This document shows, one piece after another, positions 8,487 to 18,291 of a stretch of DNA of 64,000 bases. A model generated the notes under the pieces. That model ran no database searches, was not told the origin of the DNA, and saw nothing but the letters and a program-made list of their open reading frames with translations. A program made the position numbers and the translations under genes. Source of the DNA: Cyanobacteria bacterium auto_48_18 (lineage in GTDB: Bacteria > Cyanobacteriota > Vampirovibrionia > Obscuribacterales > Obscuribacteraceae); assembly GCA_036170915.1 (NCBI GenBank), contig JAVHQC010000016.1, positions 32,001-96,000 on the forward strand, in the 5' to 3' direction. Within the stretch, counting starts at the first letter, position 1; every line of letters begins with the position of its first letter.

Positions 8487-11390
8487 ATGCAAGAAGCGAT
8501 ACGGTCGAGGCTTTCGATGACTGATTCTCACCGCGAGAAAAAACGTCGCGGCAGGCACATGGTTAACGAAAACGTCCTCAACGAAATTGAGGCACTGTCT
8601 ACTGCCGCCTATGAGCAGCTGCTCGTAGGAGGTGGAAAAGAGGCCCAGGCATTGCTTCTTCAAGCGCTAACTTTATGCCAGGATGCTCCTTATGCGGAAA
8701 AACCAAAAGCGGTAGTGCTGACTTATTTGGGCCAGACTGAACGCATGATCGGCCTTCATGCCCAATCAATAGAGCATTTGCATCAGGCCATCGAACTTTG
8801 CCGTCAGGCCAATTTGCTCGAATGTGAACTGCAAGCGCGATTGTTTCTCGCCGAACAACTGGCCGGGCAAGGCGATTTTACTGAGGCCCAGGGCCATTTT
8901 GACCTGGCTTACAACACAGCGTCATTTTTACAAGATTTCAATTCTATGGAGCTGGCGGCCGGCAATCTTGGTTCGGTTTGCATGTCTTTATCGCATTTAG
9001 AAGCCGCCACCGACTGGTTTAACATTGCTCTGGAGCTGGCTGATCACACAGCTTCGGGCGAAAAAAGTGTTTGGCTTGGCAGTCTTGGTCTGGCATTAAG
9101 TGAGCTTGGTCAGTTCGAGCAAGCGACCAATTATTATCGACGTGCCTATCTCGAAGCCGAATATGAATCAGACGCGCTGACTATGTCTATCTGCCGTGGC
9201 TCGGAAGGCAATATTTGCTTTGAGCAGGCCAAGTTTAGTCAGTCGTTTGACCTCTATAAAGAAGCGCAGCATCTGGCCTCTCAAGGCAAAGACCGCCGGC
9301 GTGAGGGCATCTGGCTTGGTAATCAGGGCGTGTCGCTAGCCCGTTTGACCCAAACCGATGAAGCGATTTTGCTTTTAGAAAAAGCCCTGTTTATTGCCCG
9401 TGAACTTTCAGATACGGCCACCATTGCCGCTCATCTGGATAGCCTGGGTGACTGCTATAAAGCTCTGGCTGACTTTGAACGTGCCAATGAATATTATACG
9501 GAAGCGCTGACCATTAGCCGCTCCATCAAAGATCGCCTCGGCGAGCGTATTTACCTTGGTAATTTAGGAAAATTGAAAGCGCAAAGCGGCGAACTGGCCC
9601 CGGCTTTCGAATATTTCCGCCAGGCTGTGGAGTTGTTTGACGAGCAGCGCGGCATGATTAAAGCCGACGATTTAAAGACTAGTTTTGCCAATCGCGGACA
9701 GGAACTTTATGGCGACATGGTCTCAACTTGTCTGAAGTTGAATTTGCGGGTGGAAGCACTTGAGTATGTAGGTAGAGCAAAGTCACGAGCACTGCTCGAT
9801 TTGCTCAGCAATTCACCCATTGATGTTAGCGAGCTAGCCGCTGTTGGTGATGATGATGGCAGTGTGAGTAGCGATGGCACAGGTGGCACTGGTGTCACCC
9901 GCAGCTTAAAAGATTTGATGTCACGAGAAGCTGATCTGCGAGCTCAAATTGCCCATCTAGAGCGCCAGTTTTTCCACGGTCAACCTGAAGATGACTCGGG
10001 CACCGGTAGTGGTGGCAATACTGGCAATACTGGAAATGGTGGCAATACAGGTCTGCGCGGTTCTCAGGCACCACAAGAAGATACGCGTAAGCTCTATTTA
10101 GAATGGCGCGAAGTTTTAAATCAACTGCGTCGCCGTCACCCTAATTATGCCAATCTGGTATCAGCCAGCACACTCAGTTACGGCGAAATTCAGTCACTCT
10201 GGCAATCAGGCAAACTGGCTGATGATACTTGCGTCATTGAGTTTTTCTTTCCACAAGATTATCTGCTTGTAGCATGCGTGCAAAATGAAAAAAATCTGCA
10301 AAATTTGAAGAGTGATGATGGCCTATCTTCTGATGCAGGCAGCAGACCTGGCCTGTCTACTCACGCAGTGATGGATAGCAAGGCCCTGGACCAGATTCGC
10401 GATGATATTGCTACATTTTTGGAAATGAGTTCTACAGAAGGCTGGGAAGTGCCGGTTTCTCTCTGCAAAAGGCTTTACAACAATTTGCTCGGTCCTGTGA
10501 TTGAAAAGCTTCACCCGTCAGTGAAAAGACTGTTGCTAATTCCTCATGGCAGTCTTTATCATTTGCCTTTTTCAGCCCTTCATGATGCTTCTGCTTACGT
10601 TTGTCAGAGCTATGCCATCAGCTACGTGCCGACGGTGTCACTGATTCCAGTGTTAGCCCAGACTCGTGGTGCGGTTAGTGCGTCTAGTGCGGCCGGAGCG
10701 GTTACGTCTGACGGCTCAGGTGCAATTCAAAAAGAAGCGGCAGCCCGTTATCTTGTTTCTGCCATTAGTGATTATTCCGCCACCAGAGAAAGTGGCATGG
10801 TCTTCAGCTCGCGTTTGCGTTCGTCAGCAGGCTTAGAAGACCTGGCATATACCATGGAAGAGGCAAATTCGATTTTGTCGCTTGGCCAGGGCACTGCCGG
10901 TAATGGCACTCTGCTCACTAACGAAGAAGTGAAGCGCTCTTTGTCCGAATTATTCGGCGAATTTGAAGTAGTACACTTCGCCGGCCATGCCATTTTCAAT
11001 CATGATGAACCAATGGCTTCCGGGCTGGTGCTCTCAGACGGCAGCATTCTTTCGGCAGCATCAATTCTTGAAGGCAATGCTCTGCGTACCCATAAAGGTC
11101 GCCTGTTAGTGCTTTCCGCTTGTCAAACCGGTGTCAACGTTGTCACTGAAGGCGGCGAAATTCTTGGTCTGGCCCGTGCGCTCATGTATGCCGGCATGCC
11201 CAATCTGGTCTTGTCGCTCTGGGAAGTAGCAGACCGCTCCACAGCCGCCTTGATGCAAGATTTTCATACCGCATGGCAGTTAGGAAAAGTCTCTGTGGCC
11301 CAGGCCTTGCGTCAGGCTCAGATGAAAGCAATTGAAGCCAAACAGCCGGTACACGCCTGGGCGCCCTTCATACATTTTGGTATTGAATGA
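8487..11390 (+). CDS. TPR-CHAT domain protein (caspase-like protease)
   Basis: N-terminal TPR array. C-terminal CHAT domain with IPHG.L..LPF.AL, VHFAGHA (His), LSACQTG (Cys), SLWEV.D and AL..AQ...HAWAPF motifs. True start may be ATG 8559. Confidence 0.93.
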   Translation: MQEAIRSRLSMTDSHREKKRRGRHMVNENVLNEIEALSTAAYEQLLVGGGKEAQALLLQALTLCQDAPYAEKPKAVVLTYLGQTERMIGLHAQSIEHLHQAIELCRQANLLECELQARLFLAEQLAGQGDFTEAQGHFDLAYNTASFLQDFNSMELAAGNLGSVCMSLSHLEAATDWFNIALELADHTASGEKSVWLGSLGLALSELGQFEQATNYYRRAYLEAEYESDALTMSICRGSEGNICFEQAKFSQSFDLYKEAQHLASQGKDRRREGIWLGNQGVSLARLTQTDEAILLLEKALFIARELSDTATIAAHLDSLGDCYKALADFERANEYYTEALTISRSIKDRLGERIYLGNLGKLKAQSGELAPAFEYFRQAVELFDEQRGMIKADDLKTSFANRGQELYGDMVSTCLKLNLRVEALEYVGRAKSRALLDLLSNSPIDVSELAAVGDDDGSVSSDGTGGTGVTRSLKDLMSREADLRAQIAHLERQFFHGQPEDDSGTGSGGNTGNTGNGGNTGLRGSQAPQEDTRKLYLEWREVLNQLRRRHPNYANLVSASTLSYGEIQSLWQSGKLADDTCVIEFFFPQDYLLVACVQNEKNLQNLKSDDGLSSDAGSRPGLSTHAVMDSKALDQIRDDIATFLEMSSTEGWEVPVSLCKRLYNNLLGPVIEKLHPSVKRLLLIPHGSLYHLPFSALHDASAYVCQSYAISYVPTVSLIPVLAQTRGAVSASSAAGAVTSDGSGAIQKEAAARYLVSAISDYSATRESGMVFSSRLRSSAGLEDLAYTMEEANSILSLGQGTAGNGTLLTNEEVKRSLSELFGEFEVVHFAGHAIFNHDEPMASGLVLSDGSILSAASILEGNALRTHKGRLLVLSACQTGVNVVTEGGEILGLARALMYAGMPNLVLSLWEVADRSTAALMQDFHTAWQLGKVSVAQALRQAQMKAIEAKQPVHAWAPFIHFGIE

Positions 11391-11432
11391 GGTTATACTG
11401 AGCAAAATTCCTGCCCTGTTTTTTGTGAAAAT

Positions 11433-11978
11433 ATGCTCAATTTACGATCTGCCCTGACCTTTGCAAGCGCCGTCTTACTTGGTTTTTCTTCCACCGCTTT
11501 TACCAGCGCCCTCGCCGAAAGCAGCGATAAAGAAAAAGATTCAAAGCACAGAAGCGACACTGAAAAAACTTTCGGTAATGCTATAGTGCCCCATCCGAAT
11601 TTGCCCGGTTCGGTGATGGTACAGACTGATCCGCTGGCCATCTATAAAGAAGCCGGCATCGATAAAGAACAAGAACGCAAAATTCGCATCATGGCCAAAG
11701 AGTTTGAAGACGGCCAACGTGTGCGACTGGCTCTTTTTGGCAACTTGCTCAAAGAAATGCGCGATTTGCAGTTTGAGCCTGATCCTGACGAAAGAAAAGT
11801 GCTGGCCAAGCAAGACGAAATCAATAAGGTGCAAGCCGAGATCGGCACCGAGAGAGTTAAGCTGGTGCTCAAGATTCGTTCGATTTTAAGCTTTGATGAA
11901 AAACAGCGCCTGGTTACTAATTTGAGATTGTCATCTCGCTACGGCAAGGCCGGCGTGGAGCCAGTCAAAAAAGATTAG
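11433..11978 (+). CDS. Spy/CpxP-like periplasmic helical protein
   Basis: Signal peptide; GIDKEQ and ILSFDEKQ resemble the paired LTxxQ motifs. Confidence 0.65.
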   Translation: MLNLRSALTFASAVLLGFSSTAFTSALAESSDKEKDSKHRSDTEKTFGNAIVPHPNLPGSVMVQTDPLAIYKEAGIDKEQERKIRIMAKEFEDGQRVRLALFGNLLKEMRDLQFEPDPDERKVLAKQDEINKVQAEIGTERVKLVLKIRSILSFDEKQRLVTNLRLSSRYGKAGVEPVKKD

Positions 11979-12619
11979 CCTTTAAGAACAGGGCTGACAG
12001 CCATAAAATGAACGGTGGCAAAGTTTTGACTGAAGTCGATTCTGGTCACAGAACCAGTTGGTACTGAAAGGCGCCAGAAGTTTTGCACAGGCATTCCTAA
12101 AGCGTAAACCAGAATTGAGCGAATAATGCCTGAGTGGGTGACCATGGCGATGGTTTTGCCGCAATAAGACGGTGAGCCAACTAAAGTTTTGACACTCTCA
12201 GCAATGCGATGGCTTAATTGCTTGATAGACTCACCCCCAGGTGGTGCGTTTTCAATCGGATCTGCGCACCAGCTGTGGTACTGTTCGCCATCATTCTTTT
12301 TTATGTCAAGATATGTTCTGCCTTCCCATTCACCCACCTGCCATTCTTCGAAGCCTTCTACAACTTCGGCCGTCAGCCCCGTTTCTTGCTCTAACGGGCG
12401 GCATGATTGAATGACGCGCACAGCCTGGCCGCAAATTAGTTTTTGTGGCTTTAATGCGGCGACATATTGAGCCGCTGCTTGAGCTTGTTTTTCACCTTTG
12501 GCAGTGATTTCTATTTTTACATCACTGTAAAGTAAACCTAGTTCGGTAGCTCTTGTGTGACCGTGACGCACAAGATAGAGAGTGGTAATTTCTTCCAGAG
12601 GGTGTAGTTCGTCACTCAT
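11975..12619 (-). CDS. Histidine phosphatase family protein (PGM/CobC-like)
   Basis: LYLVRHG, GEWEG, PPGGES and VTHSG motifs; ATGA overlap with the upstream aldolase gene. Confidence 0.9.
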   Translation of the reverse strand: MSDELHPLEEITTLYLVRHGHTRATELGLLYSDVKIEITAKGEKQAQAAAQYVAALKPQKLICGQAVRVIQSCRPLEQETGLTAEVVEGFEEWQVGEWEGRTYLDIKKNDGEQYHSWCADPIENAPPGGESIKQLSHRIAESVKTLVGSPSYCGKTIAMVTHSGIIRSILVYALGMPVQNFWRLSVPTGSVTRIDFSQNFATVHFMAVSPVLKG

Positions 12620-13320
12620 CGGGTGCCTGCTTCAATAATTTGCGCGGCATTCTTGGGAGCAGTCATGCCATAAACTTGACAGACAGCAAAGAGGTCTTCA
12701 ACCTGTTTAGCTGAAAGTGTTTTTTCTCCACCTAACATATGGGCCAGTAACAATGTTTTTGCGTGATGCTCGAGAGTTTCAAGTCGGTAAAAGGCCTGGA
12801 AAATATCACTGCCGAAAGTCAATGCGCCATGGTGTGAAAGTAAAATTGTGTCGGTGTGCTGCAGGTGGGCTTTGATGCTTTCAGGTACTTCGTCGGTGCT
12901 TGGTGTCGCATATGGTGCCACTGCAATTTCGCCTAATGTCAAAATTGATTCAGGCATAACGCAACGGTTCAATGATTTGCCGGCGATGGTGAAAGCTACC
13001 GCTGTAGTCGGATGTGCATGGGCAACTGCTAATACGTCTGCTCTGGCGGCGTAAACAACCAGATGCATCTTTAGCTCGGTTGAGGCCTTTTTGCCTCGAT
13101 TTGAGTGGGTATCGAGCAGCTCACCATTGAGATTTGTTAAAACAAAATCAGATTCATTTAATGAACCTTTACAGCTTCCCGCCGGAGTCGTTAACAGAGT
13201 GGCGTCATTTAATTTGAGGCTGAAATTGCCCTCAGTGCCGCAAATGTAACCACGCTCATAGGCAAGGGCACATACTTTAGCCAGTGCGCATCTGGCTTTT
13301 TCTTCGCTTAATGGCTGCAA
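12616..13320 (-). CDS. Class II aldolase/adducin family protein (FucA-like)
   Basis: GTEGNFS, TPAG, STE..MH, HAHP and HHG metal-binding motifs. Confidence 0.9.
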   Translation of the reverse strand: MQPLSEEKARCALAKVCALAYERGYICGTEGNFSLKLNDATLLTTPAGSCKGSLNESDFVLTNLNGELLDTHSNRGKKASTELKMHLVVYAARADVLAVAHAHPTTAVAFTIAGKSLNRCVMPESILTLGEIAVAPYATPSTDEVPESIKAHLQHTDTILLSHHGALTFGSDIFQAFYRLETLEHHAKTLLLAHMLGGEKTLSAKQVEDLFAVCQVYGMTAPKNAAQIIEAGTR

Positions 13321-13476
13321 GTTTGTATTTCATCCTTAGAAAATTAGACCATGACATCTACTGAGATCGCCAAGGATAGGTATTATATACTCGGCTGTTG
13401 TGCCCGTGGTTTGGATACGTACCGTCATACGTACCATCCATACCTCCTTTCTGGTCTGGCGATTGGGATGTGACCC

Positions 13477-15375
13477 ATGCGTTGCCCTGAATGTACTGTT
13501 AGAAATTCTGTCGCCGCTGTTCAGTGTAAAGAATGCGGCGCTAAACTGGCGCGCAAAAATGCACTTAGCCCTAAAGTGCTCAAGTATGGTGCCATAGGTG
13601 TAGCAGCTGTGGCTCTGCTCGGCCTTGGAGCTGTATCGCTGGCCATGATTCCATCAATGTTCGATTCAGACGCTGACTTGCGTAAAGTATCGAGAATGGT
13701 GGCAAAGGGCCCCAAATCGAAAGAAGATGCCGATCATCTAAGAAGCGAGCTAGAAAACAGCGTCAAGCGTTTTCTCGAAAAAAATGTGACTTTGCCACCG
13801 GCCGAAATAGCGGCAAAAATGCAAAAGCTTTTGCCTACTTCCGCTTATGAAATTCACGTTTTTGATTTGCCTAAAGGTCTTAAATTAGTAGAAGTAGATA
13901 CGGTTTTACAGCCCTGCAACTACATAATTTCAGGCAAAGATGTAGCCGTACTGCGTAAGTTTGACGTTTTCGACGAAGCAAAAGTTTTGGGTCCGGCCGG
14001 CGATGTCTTGGTTCTACTTGGCCACCACAATGCGCAAGCTGGTGGCAAGCCGCAAGTAAAAGTTTTTGCCCTGACTGCTAATGGCGTAAAAGATTTGAGC
14101 GACAAATCGGTGCCATTCTTTAGCGGTGGCGGTGAAGGCAAAACAGCATTTGCCGCCAATGGCAAAGACATTGATATTGAAATGACCGTGGCCTCGCGGG
14201 CCAGTGAAGAAGAATTGTTCACGCCATCGAGTTTGAGGGCTTTAGGCCTGCCTGATGAAAAACTCAAGCTCAAATTGGTGTACAACAATGCCGCCTATGA
14301 GCTGCAAGACGATAATGGACGAGGTCCAATGGCCGCTTTGCGTGCCATTGCCTTTACTGTGGCAGACCCGGCGCAGAAGCCGCGTTTTAGAAGATTTCTG
14401 ACCAATGCGGTTGGCGATTCTTTAGGCCGTGTGGGGAAATTAAAAATCTGCCCTCCTGCTTTTGAGATCAAGCGCAAAGGCGCGGCGGCAGTGTCTAGCG
14501 CAGGGGCTGAAGACGACAACAGCGGCTCACGTCGCAGCCGCAGAAGACGCAGGGAAGCGGCTCGGCAAGCGATTCAGAGCGGAGCACCCGTTTACTTCAT
14601 GGGCAATGCTGAAGACGCGTTTGAAGTTGTGCTGGCCAGAGGCAGCTCAGGTGTTATGCAGACACGCGAATTACGGCGTGTCAAAGTGCAAGGACATGGT
14701 GCCGAGAGTGACAATGCTTCTGTGGCTTCAACTTATGAAAATAAGACGTCGACATTAGTCGACAAGTTGTTGGCTACTCCTGATGACCACGTTGCAAAAA
14801 ACGATACCAACGACTCGAGCAATTCTAATAGCAACACTAATTCTAGTAGTCATAGTGCTTCACCTCCTGCTGTTGCAGTGGCACCTTTAGCTATGCCAGT
14901 GATTAAAGCAGTTGATAAGACTGCTTCAACTAAGGTGATTGAGAAAGTCAGCGAAGCCGAAAAAGGCACTGTAATAAGTTCTTTGTCGAGCGAAACAGTG
15001 AAAGTTAGACGGGGCGTGGGCACTCATTACCGCACCATTGCCGAGATTCCGCGCGGGGCTGATGTAGCTATCATTGGCAAGAAGGAAGGCTGGTATAAAG
15101 TGCGGGTGAACGGCCGAGAAGGCTACATCTATGGCGGCTTTATCAATTGCAAAACCGGCGATGCTTACACCACAGCCACGGTGAAGAGCGTTAACTCTGT
15201 CAAAGACGAAGGTAACCGCACTCTGACACACACCCAGTCAGGTGACCGGGTAGTGGTCTTAGGTGGCATTAATAACAACAAATACAAAGTGCAAATGGCA
15301 AACGGGCGAACTGGTTACATCGATAAAGATGCCCTAGACGTGAGTGTCGAAGGCCCACCGCAGTTTGTACCGTAG
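13477..15375 (+). CDS. Membrane-anchored protein with N-terminal zinc ribbon and C-terminal bacterial SH3 domains
   Basis: CPEC..CKECG followed by a TM helix; C-terminal VKVRRG.G......GWYKV...GREGYI and KYKVQMANGRTGYI SH3b-like repeats. Confidence 0.8.
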   Translation: MRCPECTVRNSVAAVQCKECGAKLARKNALSPKVLKYGAIGVAAVALLGLGAVSLAMIPSMFDSDADLRKVSRMVAKGPKSKEDADHLRSELENSVKRFLEKNVTLPPAEIAAKMQKLLPTSAYEIHVFDLPKGLKLVEVDTVLQPCNYIISGKDVAVLRKFDVFDEAKVLGPAGDVLVLLGHHNAQAGGKPQVKVFALTANGVKDLSDKSVPFFSGGGEGKTAFAANGKDIDIEMTVASRASEEELFTPSSLRALGLPDEKLKLKLVYNNAAYELQDDNGRGPMAALRAIAFTVADPAQKPRFRRFLTNAVGDSLGRVGKLKICPPAFEIKRKGAAAVSSAGAEDDNSGSRRSRRRRREAARQAIQSGAPVYFMGNAEDAFEVVLARGSSGVMQTRELRRVKVQGHGAESDNASVASTYENKTSTLVDKLLATPDDHVAKNDTNDSSNSNSNTNSSSHSASPPAVAVAPLAMPVIKAVDKTASTKVIEKVSEAEKGTVISSLSSETVKVRRGVGTHYRTIAEIPRGADVAIIGKKEGWYKVRVNGREGYIYGGFINCKTGDAYTTATVKSVNSVKDEGNRTLTHTQSGDRVVVLGGINNNKYKVQMANGRTGYIDKDALDVSVEGPPQFVP

Positions 15376-15447
15376 AGTTGCCTGATTAAATAGCTGAGTG
15401 GTCAAGTAGGCAAGAGCTTTACTTTTTGTTTTCAGCGCCGGCCGGTG

Positions 15448-15456
15448 TGATATATT
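15448..15456 (+). promoter_or_regulatory. Extended -10 element for tRNA-Pro
   Basis: TG-A-TATATT located 7 nt upstream of the tRNA. Confidence 0.45.
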
Positions 15457-15463
15457 TGAAAGC

Positions 15464-15537
15464 CGGGACGTAGCGCAGCTTGGTAGCGCGGTTGCTTTGG
15501 GAGCAATAGGTCGCAGGTTCAAATCCTGTCGTCCCGA
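15464..15537 (+). tRNA. tRNA-Pro (anticodon TGG)
   Basis: Cloverleaf: acceptor CGGGACG/CGTCCCG, D-arm GCGC-AGCTTGGTA-GCGC, anticodon arm GTTGC-TT-TGG-GA-GCAAT, T-arm GCAGG-TTCAAAT-CCTGT. CCA not encoded. Confidence 0.97.
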
Positions 15538-15560
15538 TATTTTCCAATTCAAAGAAGAAA

Positions 15561-16088
15561 TCAGCGCAGCTTTTGATAAATGGCGCTGATGCCTGAGTCG
15601 GACGGACAGTCAGACTCTAGCTTTGCCTCACGCACCAGAGCAAAACCTGCTTTTTCCAGGGCGCGGCGGGAGGCAAGATTGTCTTTTTGCGGCACCGCCA
15701 CCACTGAGTCAATATCAGAATAAAGTGAGAGAGCCATCTTTGTCATCATTCTGATGGCATGCGTACCCACACCTTTGCCGATTTGCTCAGCGACACCCAC
15801 AACATAATCAATGCCCAGGGCTTTATCGATGGCCACTGTTCTTTCCCAGGCCGGATAGTGGCAATGCTTGTAGCTCTGGATCATGCCCACCGGTTTCTGG
15901 TCTACTTGAATAATATAAACACGCGTCAAAGCCTGTGGTTCAAGGCAAGCTTGATATTTGCTTTGCAAAGTTTCTTGATCGGTTATACCGTCCCACCATG
16001 GTGCCACATGTGGTGCGCTGAACCATTGACTGAACAGTGCAATGTCATCTGCCTTTATCGGTCTCAAAGTGGTGTCGCGGTTAGTCAA
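15561..16088 (-). CDS. GNAT N-acetyltransferase (AAC(6')-Ib / Acetyltransf_8-like)
   Basis: W...PHVA.WW, PVGMIQ.Y, GIDY..G....IGKGVG and N.ASRRALEKAGF motifs. Confidence 0.85.
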   Translation of the reverse strand: MTNRDTTLRPIKADDIALFSQWFSAPHVAPWWDGITDQETLQSKYQACLEPQALTRVYIIQVDQKPVGMIQSYKHCHYPAWERTVAIDKALGIDYVVGVAEQIGKGVGTHAIRMMTKMALSLYSDIDSVVAVPQKDNLASRRALEKAGFALVREAKLESDCPSDSGISAIYQKLR

Positions 16089-16657
16089 TTTAAGTTAGCA
16101 GCCGCGGTGAGCTTGAGCAGGGCCTCTTGAGCCGAGTGGTCGTACAGACGTTCTAGAGCATCATTGGTGCCGCGTAAACCAGCCACAACTTGTTTTGACC
16201 AGTCTACATACTCAATGCAGCGTTGCTGGCTCCATGAAGCTGGTGGAGATTTTCCCATGTCTCGAACATTGCTGATTTTATCGGCTAATTTAATGCATTT
16301 GGCTCTAGCGCTTATAAGCGGTGCATGCTCAATTTGCTTTTGCTTGCGTTCTGCCTGGGGCAAACTTTTGTCGTAAGTACATTCCATCACCAGTGAAGCT
16401 ATTTCATCGCCAAACAAATCTTCCAGACATTCGCGGGTGGTATCTGTATCTTCAACAGTATCGTGCAAAATACCGGCGGCAATTATGGTACTGTCAGCGA
16501 TACCACCAACTTCGTGCAGTAATCTTGCTACTTCTATGGGGTGGTTAATGTACGGCGATGCTTCCTGGTCTTTTCGTCTTTGATTGCGATGCTTGTCGGC
16601 GGCAAATGACATTGCCGACATAATGACGCTCAAGTCTGTTTTAGATTGATTATCCAT
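16085..16657 (-). CDS. Mesh1-like small alarmone hydrolase (HD domain, (p)ppGpp hydrolase family)
   Basis: H..QRRKD...PYINHP..V, LHDTVEDT and IKLADKISN.RD motifs. Confidence 0.9.
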   Translation of the reverse strand: MDNQSKTDLSVIMSAMSFAADKHRNQRRKDQEASPYINHPIEVARLLHEVGGIADSTIIAAGILHDTVEDTDTTRECLEDLFGDEIASLVMECTYDKSLPQAERKQKQIEHAPLISARAKCIKLADKISNVRDMGKSPPASWSQQRCIEYVDWSKQVVAGLRGTNDALERLYDHSAQEALLKLTAAANLN

Positions 16658-16755
16658 GCTGTTTATCCATGCTGTTTACATTTTACCGTCAGAAGTCATC
16701 GGTGGGTTACTTATATGCTAAAAATAGATCCAGCAAGTCGTAAAGGCAGGAGCCA

Positions 16756-17016
16756 ATGAAAGAATCGTTCATGATATTTGTGATTATGGCCGTGATTCTA
16801 ACTCCATTTTTGCCTTCATTACTAAAGGGAAAATGTCCTAACTGCGGCAAGCGAAAACTTGATACTTTTGAGCCTGAGCTGGCCGAAGCGCCTCCGCCTG
16901 GCACGTATATGGCTTATTTTAGTTGTCAGAACTGCGAGATGCGCTTTGAGCGCAATAAAAGTGGTCCGTTGGTACCACTTCAGTCTGATGCAATTCCGCA
17001 TGTGCAGGTACAGTAG
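16756..17016 (+). CDS. Small membrane-anchored zinc-ribbon protein
   Basis: AGGAG RBS, hydrophobic N-terminus, CPNC...CQNC. Confidence 0.65.
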   Translation: MKESFMIFVIMAVILTPFLPSLLKGKCPNCGKRKLDTFEPELAEAPPPGTYMAYFSCQNCEMRFERNKSGPLVPLQSDAIPHVQVQ

Positions 17017-17028
17017 CCGTAGATCAGG

Positions 17029-18168
17029 TTAAGGCGTTGCTAGTTTAGTTCTGGTCAAACCTTTTAGCTTTTCTCTAATGGCCGGGATCGCTTTACGGGC
17101 AGCCACCTCCCCCGATTCTATGGCAGCTGCTATATCATCGCGATCAAATTCATACATATTCAAATTGTCGGCATTGGGTTCAATAACCACATCTGCCTGC
17201 CCGGGTCTGTCTTCGATCTCAGCCATGAGAATGCTTGCCAGTTTATCGGCGTAGCCAATGACGCTGTTGAATTGTTTTGTTTTTTCACTTTTGAGATATG
17301 CGTGCAGTTTGACTGCTACCACCAGTCTGGCGCCCACTGAATTTGCCGGCTCGGTGGGGAGGTTGGAGCGCAAGCCGCCGTCCACCAACAGGGTGTCGCC
17401 CATGGGTACGGGCTTGAAAAGAAAAGGTACGCTACAGCTAGCTTGCACTGCTTTGCTTATTGGCCCTTTGTCTAACCACACGGGGCGAGTATCTACTATA
17501 TTGACCGCCAGTGCTGAATAAGGAGTCTTCAATTGTTCAATAGTCGTAATCCCAGGTGGTAAATTCCTGCTGACAAATTTTGCGATCGTATTGCCGCTAT
17601 AAAGGCCTATGGACGGCTTAATAAACACCATGCGCTTAAGCAAGTATGGTGGCACCACCAGTGCCGCTTTTAGTTTAATGGGCAGCGGATAAAAAGCTTT
17701 CTTGAATTCTTTGCTGAGCACCAATTCTTCGATTTTGGCGGCGGGAACGCCGGCACAGTAAAGGCTGCCGACCATGGAGCCCACGCTGCTGCCCACTAGT
17801 AAATCAATAGGAATTTTTTCTGCTTCAAATACTTTTAGAACACCAACATGTGCTGCCCCTCGCGCGCCTCCACCGGCTAATATCAATGACAAGCGCGGAT
17901 TTTGCACTACTTGTGAAAGGTCGCCATTCTCAACGGGTGCAGCCGGTTGGTGCACAGATTCACCAGGACCAGTAGATGGCTTCTCGTCGGTTACTACTGT
18001 AGCGGGACCGTTAGCTTGCGGCTTCGGTAGGGTCGGGGGAGTGACAGGCGCGGTTAGAACCACAGCTGCTGGCGGCTCTATTAATTTGTCTGCCGCCCAT
18101 GCTGGTGTTGAGAACAGCAGCTGAGCTGCTATGAGAGCTGAGATTGTGCACCATTTTTGATTATTCAC
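17029..18168 (-). CDS. Exported patatin-like phospholipase
   Basis: Signal peptide; GGGARG, GSSVG (nucleophile) and DGG motifs. Confidence 0.92.
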   Translation of the reverse strand: MNNQKWCTISALIAAQLLFSTPAWAADKLIEPPAAVVLTAPVTPPTLPKPQANGPATVVTDEKPSTGPGESVHQPAAPVENGDLSQVVQNPRLSLILAGGGARGAAHVGVLKVFEAEKIPIDLLVGSSVGSMVGSLYCAGVPAAKIEELVLSKEFKKAFYPLPIKLKAALVVPPYLLKRMVFIKPSIGLYSGNTIAKFVSRNLPPGITTIEQLKTPYSALAVNIVDTRPVWLDKGPISKAVQASCSVPFLFKPVPMGDTLLVDGGLRSNLPTEPANSVGARLVVAVKLHAYLKSEKTKQFNSVIGYADKLASILMAEIEDRPGQADVVIEPNADNLNMYEFDRDDIAAAIESGEVAARKAIPAIREKLKGLTRTKLATP

Positions 18169-18291
18169 AGAACTTTCTCTAACTGGTGACGGTTGTAGAC
18201 GACAGCTAATCGGTCAGGTTGTTCCAATTCATTGAGGAATGCCAATAACCTATACTTTTACTGGTATCTGGTACTGCATCTGGAGTTCACA

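Noticed and set aside
15334..15552. 72-aa minus-strand ORF
   Set aside because: It is the antisense of tRNA-Pro.
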